Of a stretch of 64,000 nucleotides of DNA, positions 11,952 to 23,409 are shown in pieces; the first letter of the stretch is position 1, and each line of letters opens with the position of its first letter. The DNA is taken from NCBI GenBank assembly GCA_963737655.1, contig CAVTTN010000002.1, positions 5,632,001 through 5,696,000 on the forward strand, written 5' to 3'. Below the pieces are notes generated by a model. That model did not search any database and was not told the DNA's origin. It saw nothing but the letters and a program-made list of their open reading frames with translations. Made by a program: the position numbers and the translations under genes. Origin of the DNA: an uncultured Planctomycetota bacterium (GTDB lineage: Bacteria > Planctomycetota > Planctomycetia > Isosphaerales > Isosphaeraceae).

Positions 11952-12728
11952 CTATCGTAAGTTTTCGCCCGTCGGTTCGGCAAGCTCTTCGGCCCGGGGC
12001 GCCGGCAGCGAGAGCGGCCAGAACTCCAGTCGGACTTCGCCCCGCCGGACCGACACGAACGGGCAGGGCGGGTGCTCGATCCAGGTCCCGCTGTTCAGAT
12101 AGGTGATGCCGTCCTTCTCCGCCACGAGGGGCAAGTGGGTGTGGCCGCAGGTGACGAACAGGCACTTCCTCGTCTTGGCGAACTCGATGGCCCTCATCTC
12201 CACGAGCTGGCTGTTCCTCTGCCACCGCTTGGTGACCCGGCGGACCCACCGCGAGGCCCGGTGCGGGGCGTACTTCTGGATGAAGTAGAAGATCCCGCAG
12301 GCGACCTCGGTCAGCCAGACGTAATGGGTGATGAACGTGTCGAATTGATCGCCGTGCAGGATCAGCAGCCGGACCTGGCCGTTGTCGAAGATGTACTCGT
12401 CGAACACGTCCACGCCGACGATGTGGGAGACGATGTCGGCCGGGCCGTCGTGGTTGCCCCGCATCCAGATCAGGCGGAAGTCCTCGCGGTCGGAGTTCCT
12501 CCGGATCGAGCGGAGGCAGGCGAAGTGGTTCTTCTTGAGCCTCTTGAAGTTGAGGTCGTCGAAGATGTCGCCGTTGATGATCAATTGCTTGGCGTGGAAC
12601 GGGGCCCACTCCAGGAATTCCTCGAGGAGGCGGGCCTGGCACATGTCGCTGCCGAGGTGGAGGTCGCTGATGACCAGGCAATCGTACCGGGGGTCGTCGG
12701 CCGGGCCGGCGGGCGGGGTCTGGTCCAT
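11952..12728 (-). CDS. Metallophosphoesterase, UDP-2,3-diacylglucosamine hydrolase (LpxH-like) family
   Basis: ISDLHLG, NGDIFD, RGNHD, LHGDQFD, CGHTH, YLNSGTW motifs. Confidence 0.85.
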   Translation of the reverse strand: MDQTPPAGPADDPRYDCLVISDLHLGSDMCQARLLEEFLEWAPFHAKQLIINGDIFDDLNFKRLKKNHFACLRSIRRNSDREDFRLIWMRGNHDGPADIVSHIVGVDVFDEYIFDNGQVRLLILHGDQFDTFITHYVWLTEVACGIFYFIQKYAPHRASRWVRRVTKRWQRNSQLVEMRAIEFAKTRKCLFVTCGHTHLPLVAEKDGITYLNSGTWIEHPPCPFVSVRRGEVRLEFWPLSLPAPRAEELAEPTGENLR

Positions 12729-12782
12729 GGGCGGGGCGACCTCGGAGCGGTCCGGGGGCGGGGCCGGCGGTCCCGGCGGAGT

Positions 12783-15700
12783 TCACCACCCCGCGTAGTA
12801 TGCCATCCCGGGAGGGTCGCGGACAAACCCCGCCTCGGCCAGCCACGGCTCGGCCGGGCCCGCGAGGGGGGCGGCCGTGTTGTACGACTCGACCTTCAGG
12901 ACCCTCCGAGACGGCCCGGCCAGAGAGGGTAGCAGAGCCAGCGCCGATCGCAATTCCGATTCGCTGGCCGAGGCCAGTCCCGTCAGCTTTTTCCCGTAAT
13001 TTTCACAGATCAGGACCGGCCTGCCCCCCACCATCACCACGAAGTTCCCCGCCGATCGAGGCAGCCGGGCCGTCCCCCCTTCCAGCAACGGGACGTCGAA
13101 CGGGGCCCCCGAGCCGAACAGGTTCGCCGGGTCGAGCGCGTTGATCAGGAGAGGCGTCCGGTCCGAGCCGGCCGTCCCGGCGGACCGCGAGAGCTCCTCG
13201 GCCGTCTCGGGCAACGCATACTGGATTCCCGACAAACCCTCGACGAGATACCCCCGCCGGAGCTCGCCGCGGAGCTCCCCCCGGGCGAGCAAGGGCTGGA
13301 GGTCTCGCCACGGAGGGGCCCACGGATCGACGCCCACCGTCTCCCTCGACAGGACGCCGAACCGATCCAGGAGGGCCGACGCCCAGGCCAGGAGGGAGGC
13401 TTCCGGGTCGTCCGAGCCTCGCCCCGAGGCGGCCGACCATCGCCCCTCGGGCCGGATCGAGGCCGGTCGGCGGAACGAGCCCAGCCGGGGCCGGCCTCGC
13501 GAGGGCCCGCCCGGATCGGACGCCCTGGCCAGCGCCTCGGCCATCGCCTCGCCGCCCGGCCGGAGCGGATCCAGCCGATCGTTGGCCGCCAGCCCTCGGC
13601 CCAGGAGCGTCCGCAGGGCCTGGCGGACCCGAGACGGCTCCATCCCGAGCGCCCGGGCGATCTCGTCGGCGAACGCGGCCCCGCGGCCCCGGATGTGGGT
13701 CAACACGGCGGATTCCCCGTCCCCGATCGCCGCCTCGTCTTCGCTCTCGGGCCACTCGCCCGGGAAATCGCGAGGGACGATCGCCACGCGAGGCTCGCCC
13801 CGCGAGTCGTCGGAGGCCCGCCACCGCCACGAGCCCGAGGCCAGGGCCGAATCGAGCCACGAGGGGCGGAAATCGCCGATCCGTCGCGGGAGGATCTCGC
13901 GCTCCCAGAGGTCGACGGTCGCCGGATGCCCCTGAAGCTGCTCCAGGATCGCGCCGACGGCCGCCTCGCCCCGCATCCTCGCCTCGGGATGGACGTGCTG
14001 GCGGCGGAGGACGAACGCGGAGAAGACCTCGGGCGAGACCGCCACGCTCTCCTTGCGCTTCAGGGCGATCGAGATCCGGGCGACCTCGTCGAGGTTCCTC
14101 TTGTCGGCCCACCGGTCGCGGCCCGACTCATCCACGCCGAGATGGACGAGCCCGCCCTCCTCGGCGATCCGTTCCAGCAAGTCGGAGGCGGTCAGGGCGT
14201 CGATCGGATAGCGGGCGGTCAACTCGTCCAGGCCCACCAGGGCCCGGGTCCTCAAATAGCGCCGGACGATCCCTTGAAGGTCCGACCCGCTCCCCCGAAG
14301 GGGTCGAGCGAGTGTTCTGGTCCCCTCGCCCCCGCCCCGGGGGAGAGGGTTAGGGTGAGGGGGCCGCATGCCCGGTGAGCCCGAGGCGGAGGCCGACGCT
14401 TCCGACGAGGCCGCCCCCTCACCCTGCCCTCTCCCCTGCCCCGGGGGAGAGGGTGGGATCGACGGGATCCGACTTTCGAAGGCCGACGCATACAGGTCCG
14501 CCTCCTCGGCCCCGATCCACCGCTCCGGCTCGGCCGCCCCCTCCAGATTCACCATGACGGCCCGTCCCTGCTTGCGCAGCTCCTCCAGGAAGCCCAGCAT
14601 CGGACCGGCCAATTCCGCCGTCGTCAGGTCGCCGACGTTCCTCAGCCATTCGGCCATCTCGTCGAGAGTTCTCGGCGGGTGCCCCACCCCCCGCAATCGG
14701 CCTTCGACCCGCCCGATCGCCGTCGGGTCGAGCCAGAGCGTCCGCGATTGCGGGTCCAGCAGGGGGTCGAGGTCCGAATCCGCCACGATCGGGCCGGGCT
14801 TGCGGTCGCCGCGGACCGGCTCGTCCCACTCGTACAGGTATTTGAGCGTGAATTTGAACGTAAGCTCCGAGGTGAACGGCGAGGGGACCTCGCCCGAGCG
14901 GGTCGCCACGCGGATCGACCCGGCGTTCAGCTTGTCGAGGAATTCGCGGAGTTTCGGGGCGTCGAGGTCGTCGTCGAGGCATTCGCGATAGGTCTCGACG
15001 ACGATCGGGAAGTCCGGGAACTTGCGGACGGCTTGCAGGAGGTCCTTCGCCCGCAACCTCTGGAGCCACAACGGCGTGCGCTTGCCCGGGTCGGGTCGGG
15101 GCATCAGGAGGGCGCGGCCGGCGTTCTGGCGGAACCGGAGGCCGAAGAGTGCGGAATCGGCGAGCTCGTCGCGCAAGGTCGAGGCCGCCTCGTCGGCGGT
15201 CAGGCCGTCGAACAGGTCCAGCGGCGGGTCGTCCATGGCCGGGAGGCGGAACAGGACGCCGTCGTCGTCGTGGAGCGCCGCGACCTCGATCCCCAGCCTC
15301 GTTCGCAGCCTCGCGCCGATCACCAGCTTCAACGCGTGATGGAGCTTGTGGCCGAACGGCGAGAGCACCGCCAGCCCGAGCTCGCCGGCCGGGTCCTTGA
15401 AGGCTTCGACGAGGACCGTCCGATCGTCGGGGACCGATCCGGCCTGGCGAAGCTGCCTCGAAACGGCGCCGACGAGGGCGTCGGCCCCGTCCGGGTCGAG
15501 CCGGTAATGCTCGCGGAGCCACGGCTTGAGGCCGGGATCGTTCCTCCGTTCGACGACCTCGCGGCAGAGCTCGCCGACGGCCTGGCCCAGCTCGCCGGTC
15601 CGCCCGGCGGCCTCGCCCCTCCAGAACGGCATGAGCGCCGATCGGCCCTCGGCCGGGGCCACGATCACCTTGTGGGGCTCGATGGCCGTGATCCGCCACG

Positions 15701-17356
15701 TCGAGGTGCCCAGGACGAACGTTTCCCCGACCCGCCTCTCCAGGACGAACTCCTCGTCGATCTCGCCGAGCCTCGGGCCGTCCTCGCCGAGGAACAGCGG
15801 GTACTGGCCGGTGTCGGGGATCGTCCCTCCGCCGACCACGGCCAGTTGCCTCGACCCGGGCAGGGGGCGGAGCGTGTTGTGGACGCGGTCCCAGGAGATC
15901 CGGGGCTTGAGGTCTCGCAGGGCCTCCACGGCGAACCGGCCCGAGGCGAGCTGCAACACGCCGTCGAACGCCCCGGCCGTGAGGTCCCGATAGGGATACG
16001 CCTGCCGGACCAGGTCGAAGAGTTCCGGCGCCTTCCACGGCTCGACCGCCACGATCGCCACGACCTGCTGGGCGAGGACGTCCAGGCAGTTCCTCGGCAC
16101 CCGCAACGGCTCGACCTTCCCCTCCATCATCGAGCGGGCCAATGCGGCCGATTCGATCAGGTCGCCGGTCGTCTTGGCGAGCATCCGGCCCTTGCTCGTC
16201 CGGCCGACGACGTGCCCGGCCCGGCCGACCCGTTGCAGCCCCCGGGCCACGCCTCCCGGCGATTCGACCTGGCAGACCAGGTCGACGGCCCCCATGTCGA
16301 TCCCCAGCTCCAGGGACGCCGTGGCGACCACGGCCGGCAAACTCCCCTCCTTGAGCTGCTCCTCGGTCTGGCGGCGGCCCTCAAGGCTCAGGCTGCCGTG
16401 ATGGGTCCGGGCGATCGGCGGAGGCGGCTGGTCTCCGGGTTCGAGGATCGCCTCCGCCGCCGCGAGCTCGTTCAGGTGGGCCGTCAACCGCTCGACGACC
16501 CGGCGGTTGTTGGCGAAGATGATCGTCGATCGGTGGGAACGGATCAATTCGAGCAGCCTGGCCTCGATCGCCGGCCAGACCGAGCCTCCGGACGGGGGGC
16601 CGATCGACCGTCCGGGCCACGAGACCTCCAGATCGAGGTCCTTCCGCCGCCCGGCGTCCACGATCGTGACCGGCCGGGGCTCGAACCGATCGGGCCCGAC
16701 CCGCAATCGCCCTCCGAGGTAGCGGGCGACCTCTTCCAGGGGCCTCTGCGTGGCCGAAAGCCCCACGCGGACGAACCCCGGGGCGATCGCCTCCAGCCGT
16801 TCCAGGAGCAGCGCCAGGAACACGCCTCGCTTGTTCGGGGCCAGCGCGTGGATCTCGTCCACGATCACGTGGGAGACGGTCCGCAACGTCTCGCGGGCCG
16901 CGCTGGTGAGCATCAAATGGAGCGATTCGGGCGTGGTGATGAGGATGTCCGGCGGCCGTCGGACGAGCTTCTGCCGCTCATTGGCCGGGGTGTCGCCGGT
17001 GCGGACGGCCACCGTCAGCGGCCCGAGGGTGCGCCCATCGCCTCGGCGGTCGCGAGGATGCCCTCCAACGGATGCTGCAAGTTCCGGGAGACGTCCTGGT
17101 TGAGCGCCTTCAGGGGCGAGATGTAGAGGATGCGGGCCCCCTTGGCCGTCCGGGGGGTCCTCCAGAGGTGATCGAGGCAGGCGAGGAAGGCGGCGAGGGT
17201 CTTGCCCGATCCGGTGGGCGCGAAGATCAGGGTATGGCGCCCCGAGGCGATCGCCGGCCAGCCCTGCTCCTGGGGCGGGGTGGCGCGGCCGAACGCCTCA
17301 AGGAACCAGGCCGAGACCGGCGGCAAGAACCCTCCGAGCGGGTCATTCGGGGGCAC
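12783..17356 (-). CDS. lhr: Lhr-family ATP-dependent DEAD/H helicase, long form (frameshift near 17015)
   Basis: APTGSGKT and YISPLKAL in one frame; TTPESL, VIVDEIH, LSATQRP, HHGSLS, SLELGID, QRVGRAGH and GTIPDTG in the other; C-terminal RRGYLVEGLSGIQYA. Confidence 0.9.
14322..14453. repeat. Inverted pair of CCCTCACCCTAACCCTCTCCC-type palindromic repeats inside lhr
   Basis: CCCCTCGCCCCCGCCCCGGGGGAGAGGGTTAGGGTGAGGGGG (14322-14363) and CCCCCTCACCCTGCCCTCTCCCCTGCCCCGGGGGAGAGGG (14414-14453). Confidence 0.8.
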
Positions 17357-17462
17357 GAGGGGCTCCGCTCTCGAAGGACGGGGCGATCGGCTCGCTTCGA
17401 TCCCCCATTGTCCCCGAGACGAGGCCGCGTGGCAACCGGGAAATGTGTACGGACGAACGGTA

Positions 17463-17803
17463 TCAGGGCGCGGGGAGAGCGGCCTGCGCCGGGGCGGTCG
17501 GCGCCCGGGCCCGCCCAACCGGAGCAGCCCGGCCGCCGCGGCCGCCCCGACGATCGCGGCGGCCAGGATCAGCAGCCGGGCCGTCTTCTTCTGCTGGTGG
17601 AGGGCCGCCGCCATGCGTCGGCATTCCTTCTTGGTGATCGAGAGCGACCGCTCCAGGGCGGCGAATCGCTCGGCGACCTCATCGATCGGGACCGCGGTCA
17701 GGTCGGGCGAGGGCTCGATGCCGCTCTCCCAGGGTCGGCGGCTGTCGGCCAGGCGGAATTGCTCGAAGCGATCGATGATCCGATTCTCGTCGGCGCGTCT
17801 CAT
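17463..17803 (-). CDS. Small hypothetical protein, coiled coil plus C-terminal TM (end approximate)
   Basis: MRRADENRIIDRFEQF...RLLILAAAIVGAAAAAGLLRLG. The ORF track fuses it with the lhr N-terminus, probably through an indel. Confidence 0.45.
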
Positions 17804-18002
17804 GGACCTTCCCCCTCGTCGGCGGCTCGCCCGCGAGACGCCTCCGGCCAAGCCTAGATCGCGTCCCGGATCGAGGGCGCCACCCTTGCCGAGTTTGCGG
17901 ATCTCGCGCCCCTTCCGACCTTGCGACCGCCGGGGCGACGGATAGAATGAGGGCCGCCCCGATCTTCTCTTCCTCCCGATCGCCCGCCCCCGAGGCCCTC
18001 GC

Positions 18003-19260
18003 GTGCGCCTGGCCTACTTTGATTGCTTCAGCGGCATCTCCGGCGATATGACCCTGGGCGCCCTGGTCGATGCCGGAGTGGACCCGAAGGCCCTGCAATC
18101 GGCGATCGACTCGCTCGGCCTGCCCTGCGAGGCTCGCCTTCGAGACCGTCCGCCGGGGCGGCTTTCGCGCCACCTATGCCCGGGTGATCGCCCAGCCCGA
18201 GCACGCCCACCGCCACCTCCACCACATCGAGGCGATGATCGACAAGGCCAGCGTCTCGCCCCGGCAGGCGGAGCTGGCCAAGCGGATCTTTCGCAAGATC
18301 GGCGAGGTCGAGGCCCTCGCCCACGGGATCGACATCAAGAAGGTCCACTTCCACGAGGTCGGCGCCGTCGATTCGATCGTGGACATCGTGGGGGCGGCCG
18401 TCGGCCTGGATCTGCTGGGCGTCGATCGCGTCGAGGCCAGCCCGGTCCCTCCGGGCCGGGGCTCGGTGAAGGCCGCCCACGGCCGGATGCCCCTGCCCGC
18501 CCCGGCCACGGCGTCCCTGCTGAAAGGGATCCCGCTCGCCGAATCGACGGGCGATTTCGAACAAACGACGCCCACCGGCGCCGCCATCCTCGCCACCGTG
18601 GCCGAGGCGTTCGGGCCGATCCCCCCGATGACGATCGAGAGCATCGGCCTGGGCGCCGGCACGAAAGACCCCGAAGGCGTGGCGAACATCCTCCGCCTGT
18701 TCGTCGGCACGGCCGCCACCCCGGCCGGCTCGGACCGCGTGACGGTCCTCGAAACGAACCTGGACGACCTGCCCGGCGAGGTCGTCGGCTTCACCACCAC
18801 GCAGTTGCTCGCCTCCGGGGCGCTGGACGCCTTCGTCACGCCGATCCTGATGAAGAAGAACCGCCCCGGGGTGACGATCTCCGTCCTCTGCGACGACGCG
18901 AAGGTGCCGGTCATGGAAGAGATCCTCTTCCGGGAGACCACGGCGCTGGGCATCCGCCGCTATCAGGTCAGCCGGCACAAGCTCAACCGCAAGCCGGCGG
19001 AAGTCCTCACGACGTTCGGCCCGGTCAAGGGGAAGCTCGGGTGGCTCGACGGCCGCCCCCCCCAGTTCAGCCCGGAGTACGACGACTGCGCCCGGGTGGC
19101 CCTGGAGCAGAACGTCCCCCTGAGAGAGGTCTACAAGGCGGCCCACGACGCGTATGCGAAGCAAGGCCCGAAGGACGAGCCCCCGCCGTCGCCGACGGCC
19201 GCCGACCCGGGGCACGACCACGGGCATGCTCATCCTCATCCTCACGACCACGAGCATTGA
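18003..19260 (+). CDS. larC: Nickel pincer cofactor biosynthesis protein LarC (frameshift near 18125)
   Basis: YFDCFSGISGDMTLGALVD; VHFHEVGAVDSIVDIVG; PAPAT; TPTGAA; LETNLDD; MKKNRPG; ETTALGIR; PEYDDC; His-rich tail. Confidence 0.92.
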
Positions 19261-19399
19261 CGGAGCGTCGCCGCTCGGTTGGCCTGACCCGGTCCTCGTG
19301 GGCATGTCTTCGACTCGATCCGATTCGACCTCGCACCGAGAGCCAGGCCCACAGAGGACGTGGGCCTGCCACCCGAAGCCATCAGGAGGGCGATGAGCG

Positions 19400-19861
19400 A
19401 TGTCTCCTCTTCTCGAATGGGCGTTGTTCGCGCTGATGGCCGGGATGCTCTGCGTGGTCTCGGCGATCGCCGGGGGCCTGGCCTGGAGGCTCCGCCTCCT
19501 GAACCAGTCGCTCTCCCGGCCGCCGACGGTCGAGCCCGATCGCGAGGCGACCGATCGGCCCGGCCCCGAGCCTCCCGCCGTTCACCAGGCCCGGAAGCCG
19601 CCCCGAACGTTGAGGACCGAGAAGGCCGGCGAGCCCACCCCGCCCGGCCCGACCTTGATCGCCGTGCCCGACCTCGCCCCGCCGACCGCCCCCTCGGCGG
19701 AGGTCGTCGCCGAGATGGCCCGTCGCTTCGGGGGGATCTGGGACCTGGCCGACTCCGGCGCCTCCCCCCTGGCCATCGCCCGGGCCACCGGCCAGCCGAT
19801 CGGCCAGGTCGAACTGATCCTCGGCCTGAGGACGCCGCGAAGGACGCCGCACTCCCTATGA
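19400..19861 (+). CDS. Hypothetical membrane protein with C-terminal HTH-like segment (DUF2802-like)
   Basis: N-terminal TM; LADSGASPLAIARATGQPIGQVELILGL. Confidence 0.6.
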   Translation: MSPLLEWALFALMAGMLCVVSAIAGGLAWRLRLLNQSLSRPPTVEPDREATDRPGPEPPAVHQARKPPRTLRTEKAGEPTPPGPTLIAVPDLAPPTAPSAEVVAEMARRFGGIWDLADSGASPLAIARATGQPIGQVELILGLRTPRRTPHSL

Positions 19862-21060
19862 CGACGACCCATCGCCTGATCCTCGGTTTCCTCGCGTTCG
19901 TCGCCGCGGTCTGGGCCGTCCGCCACCTGGTCCTGACCGTCGTCACGCCCTGGTTCGACTTCCTGACCCGCCGATCCCCCTCGACCGACCCCGCCGACGC
20001 CCCGCTCGTGACCGCCTTCATCCCCGCCCGGGACGAGGAGGCCAACCTCGCCGATTGCCTCGCCCTGGTGGCCCGCCAGGACTATCCGAACCTCGAGATC
20101 CTCGTCGTCGACGACCGCAGCGCCGACAAAACCGCCGAGATCGCCCGCGAGTTCGCCGCGAAGGACGAGCGGTTCCGCCTGATCTCGATCCAGGACCTCC
20201 CGCCCGGCTGGACCGGCAAGACCCACGCGCTCCACGTCGCCTCGGACGAGGCCCGGGGCCAATGGTTCTGGTTCCTCGACGCCGACACCCGCCACGCCCC
20301 CGAGAGCCTCTCGGTGATGCTCCAGTACGCGAGGTCGCGCCGCGCCGCGCTCGCCAGCCTCGTCCCCGAGATGACGTGCCGGACGTTCTGGGAACGGGTC
20401 GTCCAGCCGCTGGCCGGCGTGGTCCTCATGCAGTCGTTCCCGCCGTTCTTCGTCAACGACGATCGACGCAAGCTGGCCTTCGCCAACGGCCAGTACATCC
20501 TGATCCGGAGGGACGCCTACGAGCGAAGCGGGGGTCACGAGGCGGTCCGCGATCGGTTCGTGGAAGACATCTACCTCGCGAAGAACGTCAAGGCGCTGGG
20601 CCTGCCGATCCGGGTGGCGATGAGCACGGACCTCGGCTCCACCCGGATGTACACGGGCCTCCCGCAGCTGATCCGAGGCTGGAGCCGCATCCTCTATGAT
20701 GCCTCGGGACGGCGGGTTTTCCCGCTCGTCGTGAAGATCGTCGATCCCCTGATCTTCAACGTCCCGGCCGACCTCGGCTTGATCGTCGCGCCGGCCTGGA
20801 TCGGCCTGGGAGGCGTCTCGGCGTTCTCGATGCAGCTCCTCGGGTGGGTCCTGCTGATCCAGGTCCTCAAGGCGACGACGCTCTATCGGATGTACCGCTG
20901 GTCGTCGCCGAAGGTGGCGGCGAGCTCGGCCCTGTGGTATCCACTGGGCTGCGCGGTGGCGATGGGGATCTGCGCCAAGTCCATCGGGATGTGCCTGACG
21001 GGCCGGGTCACGTGGCGAGGCACGGCCTACATCGCCCCGGCCTCCCGACCGACCGTCTAG
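19858..21060 (+). CDS. Glycosyltransferase family 2 (HpnB/CrtQ-like, membrane)
   Basis: IPARDEE, VVDDRSAD, PPGWTGKTHA, FLDADT, ANGQ, VEDI, VTWRG motifs. Confidence 0.88.
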   Translation: MTTTHRLILGFLAFVAAVWAVRHLVLTVVTPWFDFLTRRSPSTDPADAPLVTAFIPARDEEANLADCLALVARQDYPNLEILVVDDRSADKTAEIAREFAAKDERFRLISIQDLPPGWTGKTHALHVASDEARGQWFWFLDADTRHAPESLSVMLQYARSRRAALASLVPEMTCRTFWERVVQPLAGVVLMQSFPPFFVNDDRRKLAFANGQYILIRRDAYERSGGHEAVRDRFVEDIYLAKNVKALGLPIRVAMSTDLGSTRMYTGLPQLIRGWSRILYDASGRRVFPLVVKIVDPLIFNVPADLGLIVAPAWIGLGGVSAFSMQLLGWVLLIQVLKATTLYRMYRWSSPKVAASSALWYPLGCAVAMGICAKSIGMCLTGRVTWRGTAYIAPASRPTV

Positions 21061-21187
21061 GGCCTCGCCGTCGCTCCGAGGATCGCGGTGTACCTTCGCC
21101 GCGATCGCCGCTACACTGAGGGCGAATCGGGTGCGGTTCTCGGCTTGAAGGCTCCGTGAGGGCGGCATTGGATCGGACGCGCCTTTG

Positions 21188-21246
21188 GTAGGGCAGGCCT
21201 CGGCCTGCCGTCCCCCCTCGGATCGGCAGGCCGAGGCCTGCCCTAC
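21188..21246. repeat. GTAG-type REP doublet, family GTAGGGCAGGCCTCGGCCTGCC
   Basis: Inverted pair; the same unit recurs at ~43396 and 54926. Confidence 0.85.
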
Positions 21247-21306
21247 AGGTTTGGAGCCGAATGGCTCGCTCGAAAACCGCTCCCAAGGCGAAGGATCGCT
21301 CGCGAA

Positions 21307-22506
21307 ATGTCCAGCCTGCCCCTGTTCCAGACCCGCGACGACCTGGCCTCCGAGAAGGTTTGGACCGTCTCGGAGCTGACCGGCCGCGTCCGGGCGGTGT
21401 TCGAGGACGAATTCGCCTCGGTGGGCGTGATCGGCGAGGTCTCGAACCTCAGCCGGGCGCGGTCCGGGCACGTCTATTTCAGCCTGAAGGACGAATCGGC
21501 GCAGCTCCGGGCCGTGTTGTGGAAGGGCGCGGCGCAGAGGCTCGTCTTCGACCTCGAGAACGGGCTGGCCGTCCGGGCGTGGGGGGCCGTGGAGGTCTAC
21601 GCCCCCCGGGGCGAGTATCAACTGATCGTCCGCAAGATCGAGCCCGAGGGCATCGGCGCCCTGGAGCTCGCGTTCCGCCAGGTCGTCGCCCGGCTCTCGG
21701 CCGAGGGGCTGTTCGACCCCGGCCGCAAGAGGCCGTTGCCGACGTTCCCAAGAAGGATCGTGGTCGTGACCAGCCCGACCGGCGCGGCCGTCCGCGACTT
21801 CGTCCAGACCGCCGCGAGGCGGTGGCCGTCGGCCGAGATCCTGATCGCGCCGACCCGCGTCCAGGGCCCGGGATCGGCCGAGGAAGTCGCCGGGGCGATC
21901 GCGCTGGCCAACCGGATCCGCGACGTCGATTTCCTCGTCCTGGCCCGGGGCGGAGGCAGCCTCGAAGACCTCTGGACGTTCAATGAAGAGGTCGTGGCGC
22001 GGGCGATTTTTGATTCGAAGGTGCCGGTCGTCTCGGCGATCGGCCACGAGGTCGACGTGACGGTCGCGGACCTCGTGGCCGACTTCCGGGCGCTCACGCC
22101 CACCGACGCCGGCTCGCGATGCGTGCCCGACGCCGCCGAGGTCCTCGCCCTGCTCCTCTCCTACCGGGACCGCCTGGCCCGGGGGGTCGCCGAGCCGAGC
22201 CGCCGGGCCCGCCGGGACGTCCAATCGCTGGGCGACCGGTTGAAACGAGGGATGGCGCTGGGCCTCGACCGCCGCCGCCAGTCCCTGGCGAGGCGGGCCG
22301 CGCAGGTCGAGGCGCTCAGCCCCCTGAACGTCCTGGCCCGGGGCTACAGCCTGACCTTGAAGGAGGACGGCTCGACGGTCGTCCGCTCGGCCGACGAGGT
22401 CCAGGACGGCGATTTGATCCGCACCCGGCTGGCCTCGGGGACGATCACCAGCCGGGTCGAATCGGCGAACCCTCCGACCGCGAAGGACACCGCTCATGGC
22501 CCCTGA
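21307..22506 (+). CDS. xseA: Exodeoxyribonuclease VII large subunit
   Basis: GEVSN..SGHVYFSLKD, VTSPTGAAVRD, ARGGGSLEDLW, SAIGHEVD, TPT, LARGYS motifs. Confidence 0.95.
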   Translation: MSSLPLFQTRDDLASEKVWTVSELTGRVRAVFEDEFASVGVIGEVSNLSRARSGHVYFSLKDESAQLRAVLWKGAAQRLVFDLENGLAVRAWGAVEVYAPRGEYQLIVRKIEPEGIGALELAFRQVVARLSAEGLFDPGRKRPLPTFPRRIVVVTSPTGAAVRDFVQTAARRWPSAEILIAPTRVQGPGSAEEVAGAIALANRIRDVDFLVLARGGGSLEDLWTFNEEVVARAIFDSKVPVVSAIGHEVDVTVADLVADFRALTPTDAGSRCVPDAAEVLALLLSYRDRLARGVAEPSRRARRDVQSLGDRLKRGMALGLDRRRQSLARRAAQVEALSPLNVLARGYSLTLKEDGSTVVRSADEVQDGDLIRTRLASGTITSRVESANPPTAKDTAHGP

Positions 22507-22819
22507 AATGGGCTTCGAAACCGGCCTCGACCGGCTCGATTCGGTCGTCACGGCCCTGGAGTCGGGCCACCTCGGGCTCGACGAGGCGCTCGCCCGCTAC
22601 GAGGAGGGCGTCCGGCTCCTGGCGAGGTGCCACGCCCTGCTCGACGACGCCGACCGCAAGGTCGCGCTGCTGACCGGCGTGACCGACGACGGCTCGCCCC
22701 TGGTCGAGCCGTTCGACGCCTCGGCCACGAGCGTCCAGGAGCCCTCCGCCCCCAGGAAGAAGAAGCCGGCGGCCCCGGCCGACGGGGACGGCGAGGGCCT
22801 GGACGACCTGCCGTTCTGA
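22496..22819 (+). CDS. xseB: Exodeoxyribonuclease VII small subunit
   Basis: FETGLDRLDSVVTALESGHLGLDEALARYEEGVRL; overlaps the xseA end. Confidence 0.92.
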   Translation: MAPEMGFETGLDRLDSVVTALESGHLGLDEALARYEEGVRLLARCHALLDDADRKVALLTGVTDDGSPLVEPFDASATSVQEPSAPRKKKPAAPADGDGEGLDDLPF

Positions 22820-22837
22820 TTTCTGGCGAGACCCGGA

Positions 22838-23298
22838 TCAATTCGGGGTCGAGGCGCGGCGAGGGGCTTGGCGGAGGTTGGCCAGGAACCGTTCCAGGGG
22901 CAAGGGCTTGACGCCCTGGAGCCGGGACTCGGCCTGCGCCGGGCGCGGATCAGGTCGTACTGAGCACTTCGGTCTGCCGAGAGACCGGGCCTGGGCCGGT
23001 CGTCGAAGAGCCAGGACGTCGTGGAGGGACCGATCCGGCCGGATTCGAGGCCCTCGGCGGTCAGTTCGTAGTCGATCTGGCCGCCGTTCTGGAGGATCAG
23101 GCGCCTGACCGCCACGAAATCGTCCCAGCCGTCGCGCTCGATGTCCAGAGGGCCGATCAGGGCAAACCGCTGGCCCAAGAGCGACGGCGGCGAGATGGTC
23201 GGCCGATGCGCCCACGACCACGCCAGCCACGAGGCAATCCCCACCAAACCCAGGACGACCCCGGCGAATTCCAGGGCCGTTCGGGTCGATTTCCGCAT
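22838..23298 (-). CDS. Hypothetical membrane-anchored protein (probable frameshift near 22945)
   Basis: MRKSTRTALEFAGVVLGLVGIASWLAW...RFALIGPLDIERDG; the other frame ends QGVKPLPLERFLANL, resembling a BRCT-like tail. Confidence 0.5.
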
Positions 23299-23409
23299 CG
23301 GGAGCCTCCGCGATCTTCGCAACCCGTGGACTGGCTCGTTCCGGCGCGGATGCCGGACGGGGCCTCGTCGGTTCTCCTGGCCCGATCACCCGAGGAGCCG
23401 TTCGGCGGC

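Noticed and set aside
18003..19260. larC without larA/B/E as a novel pathway
   Set aside because: lar genes are often dispersed, and the partners may lie outside this window.
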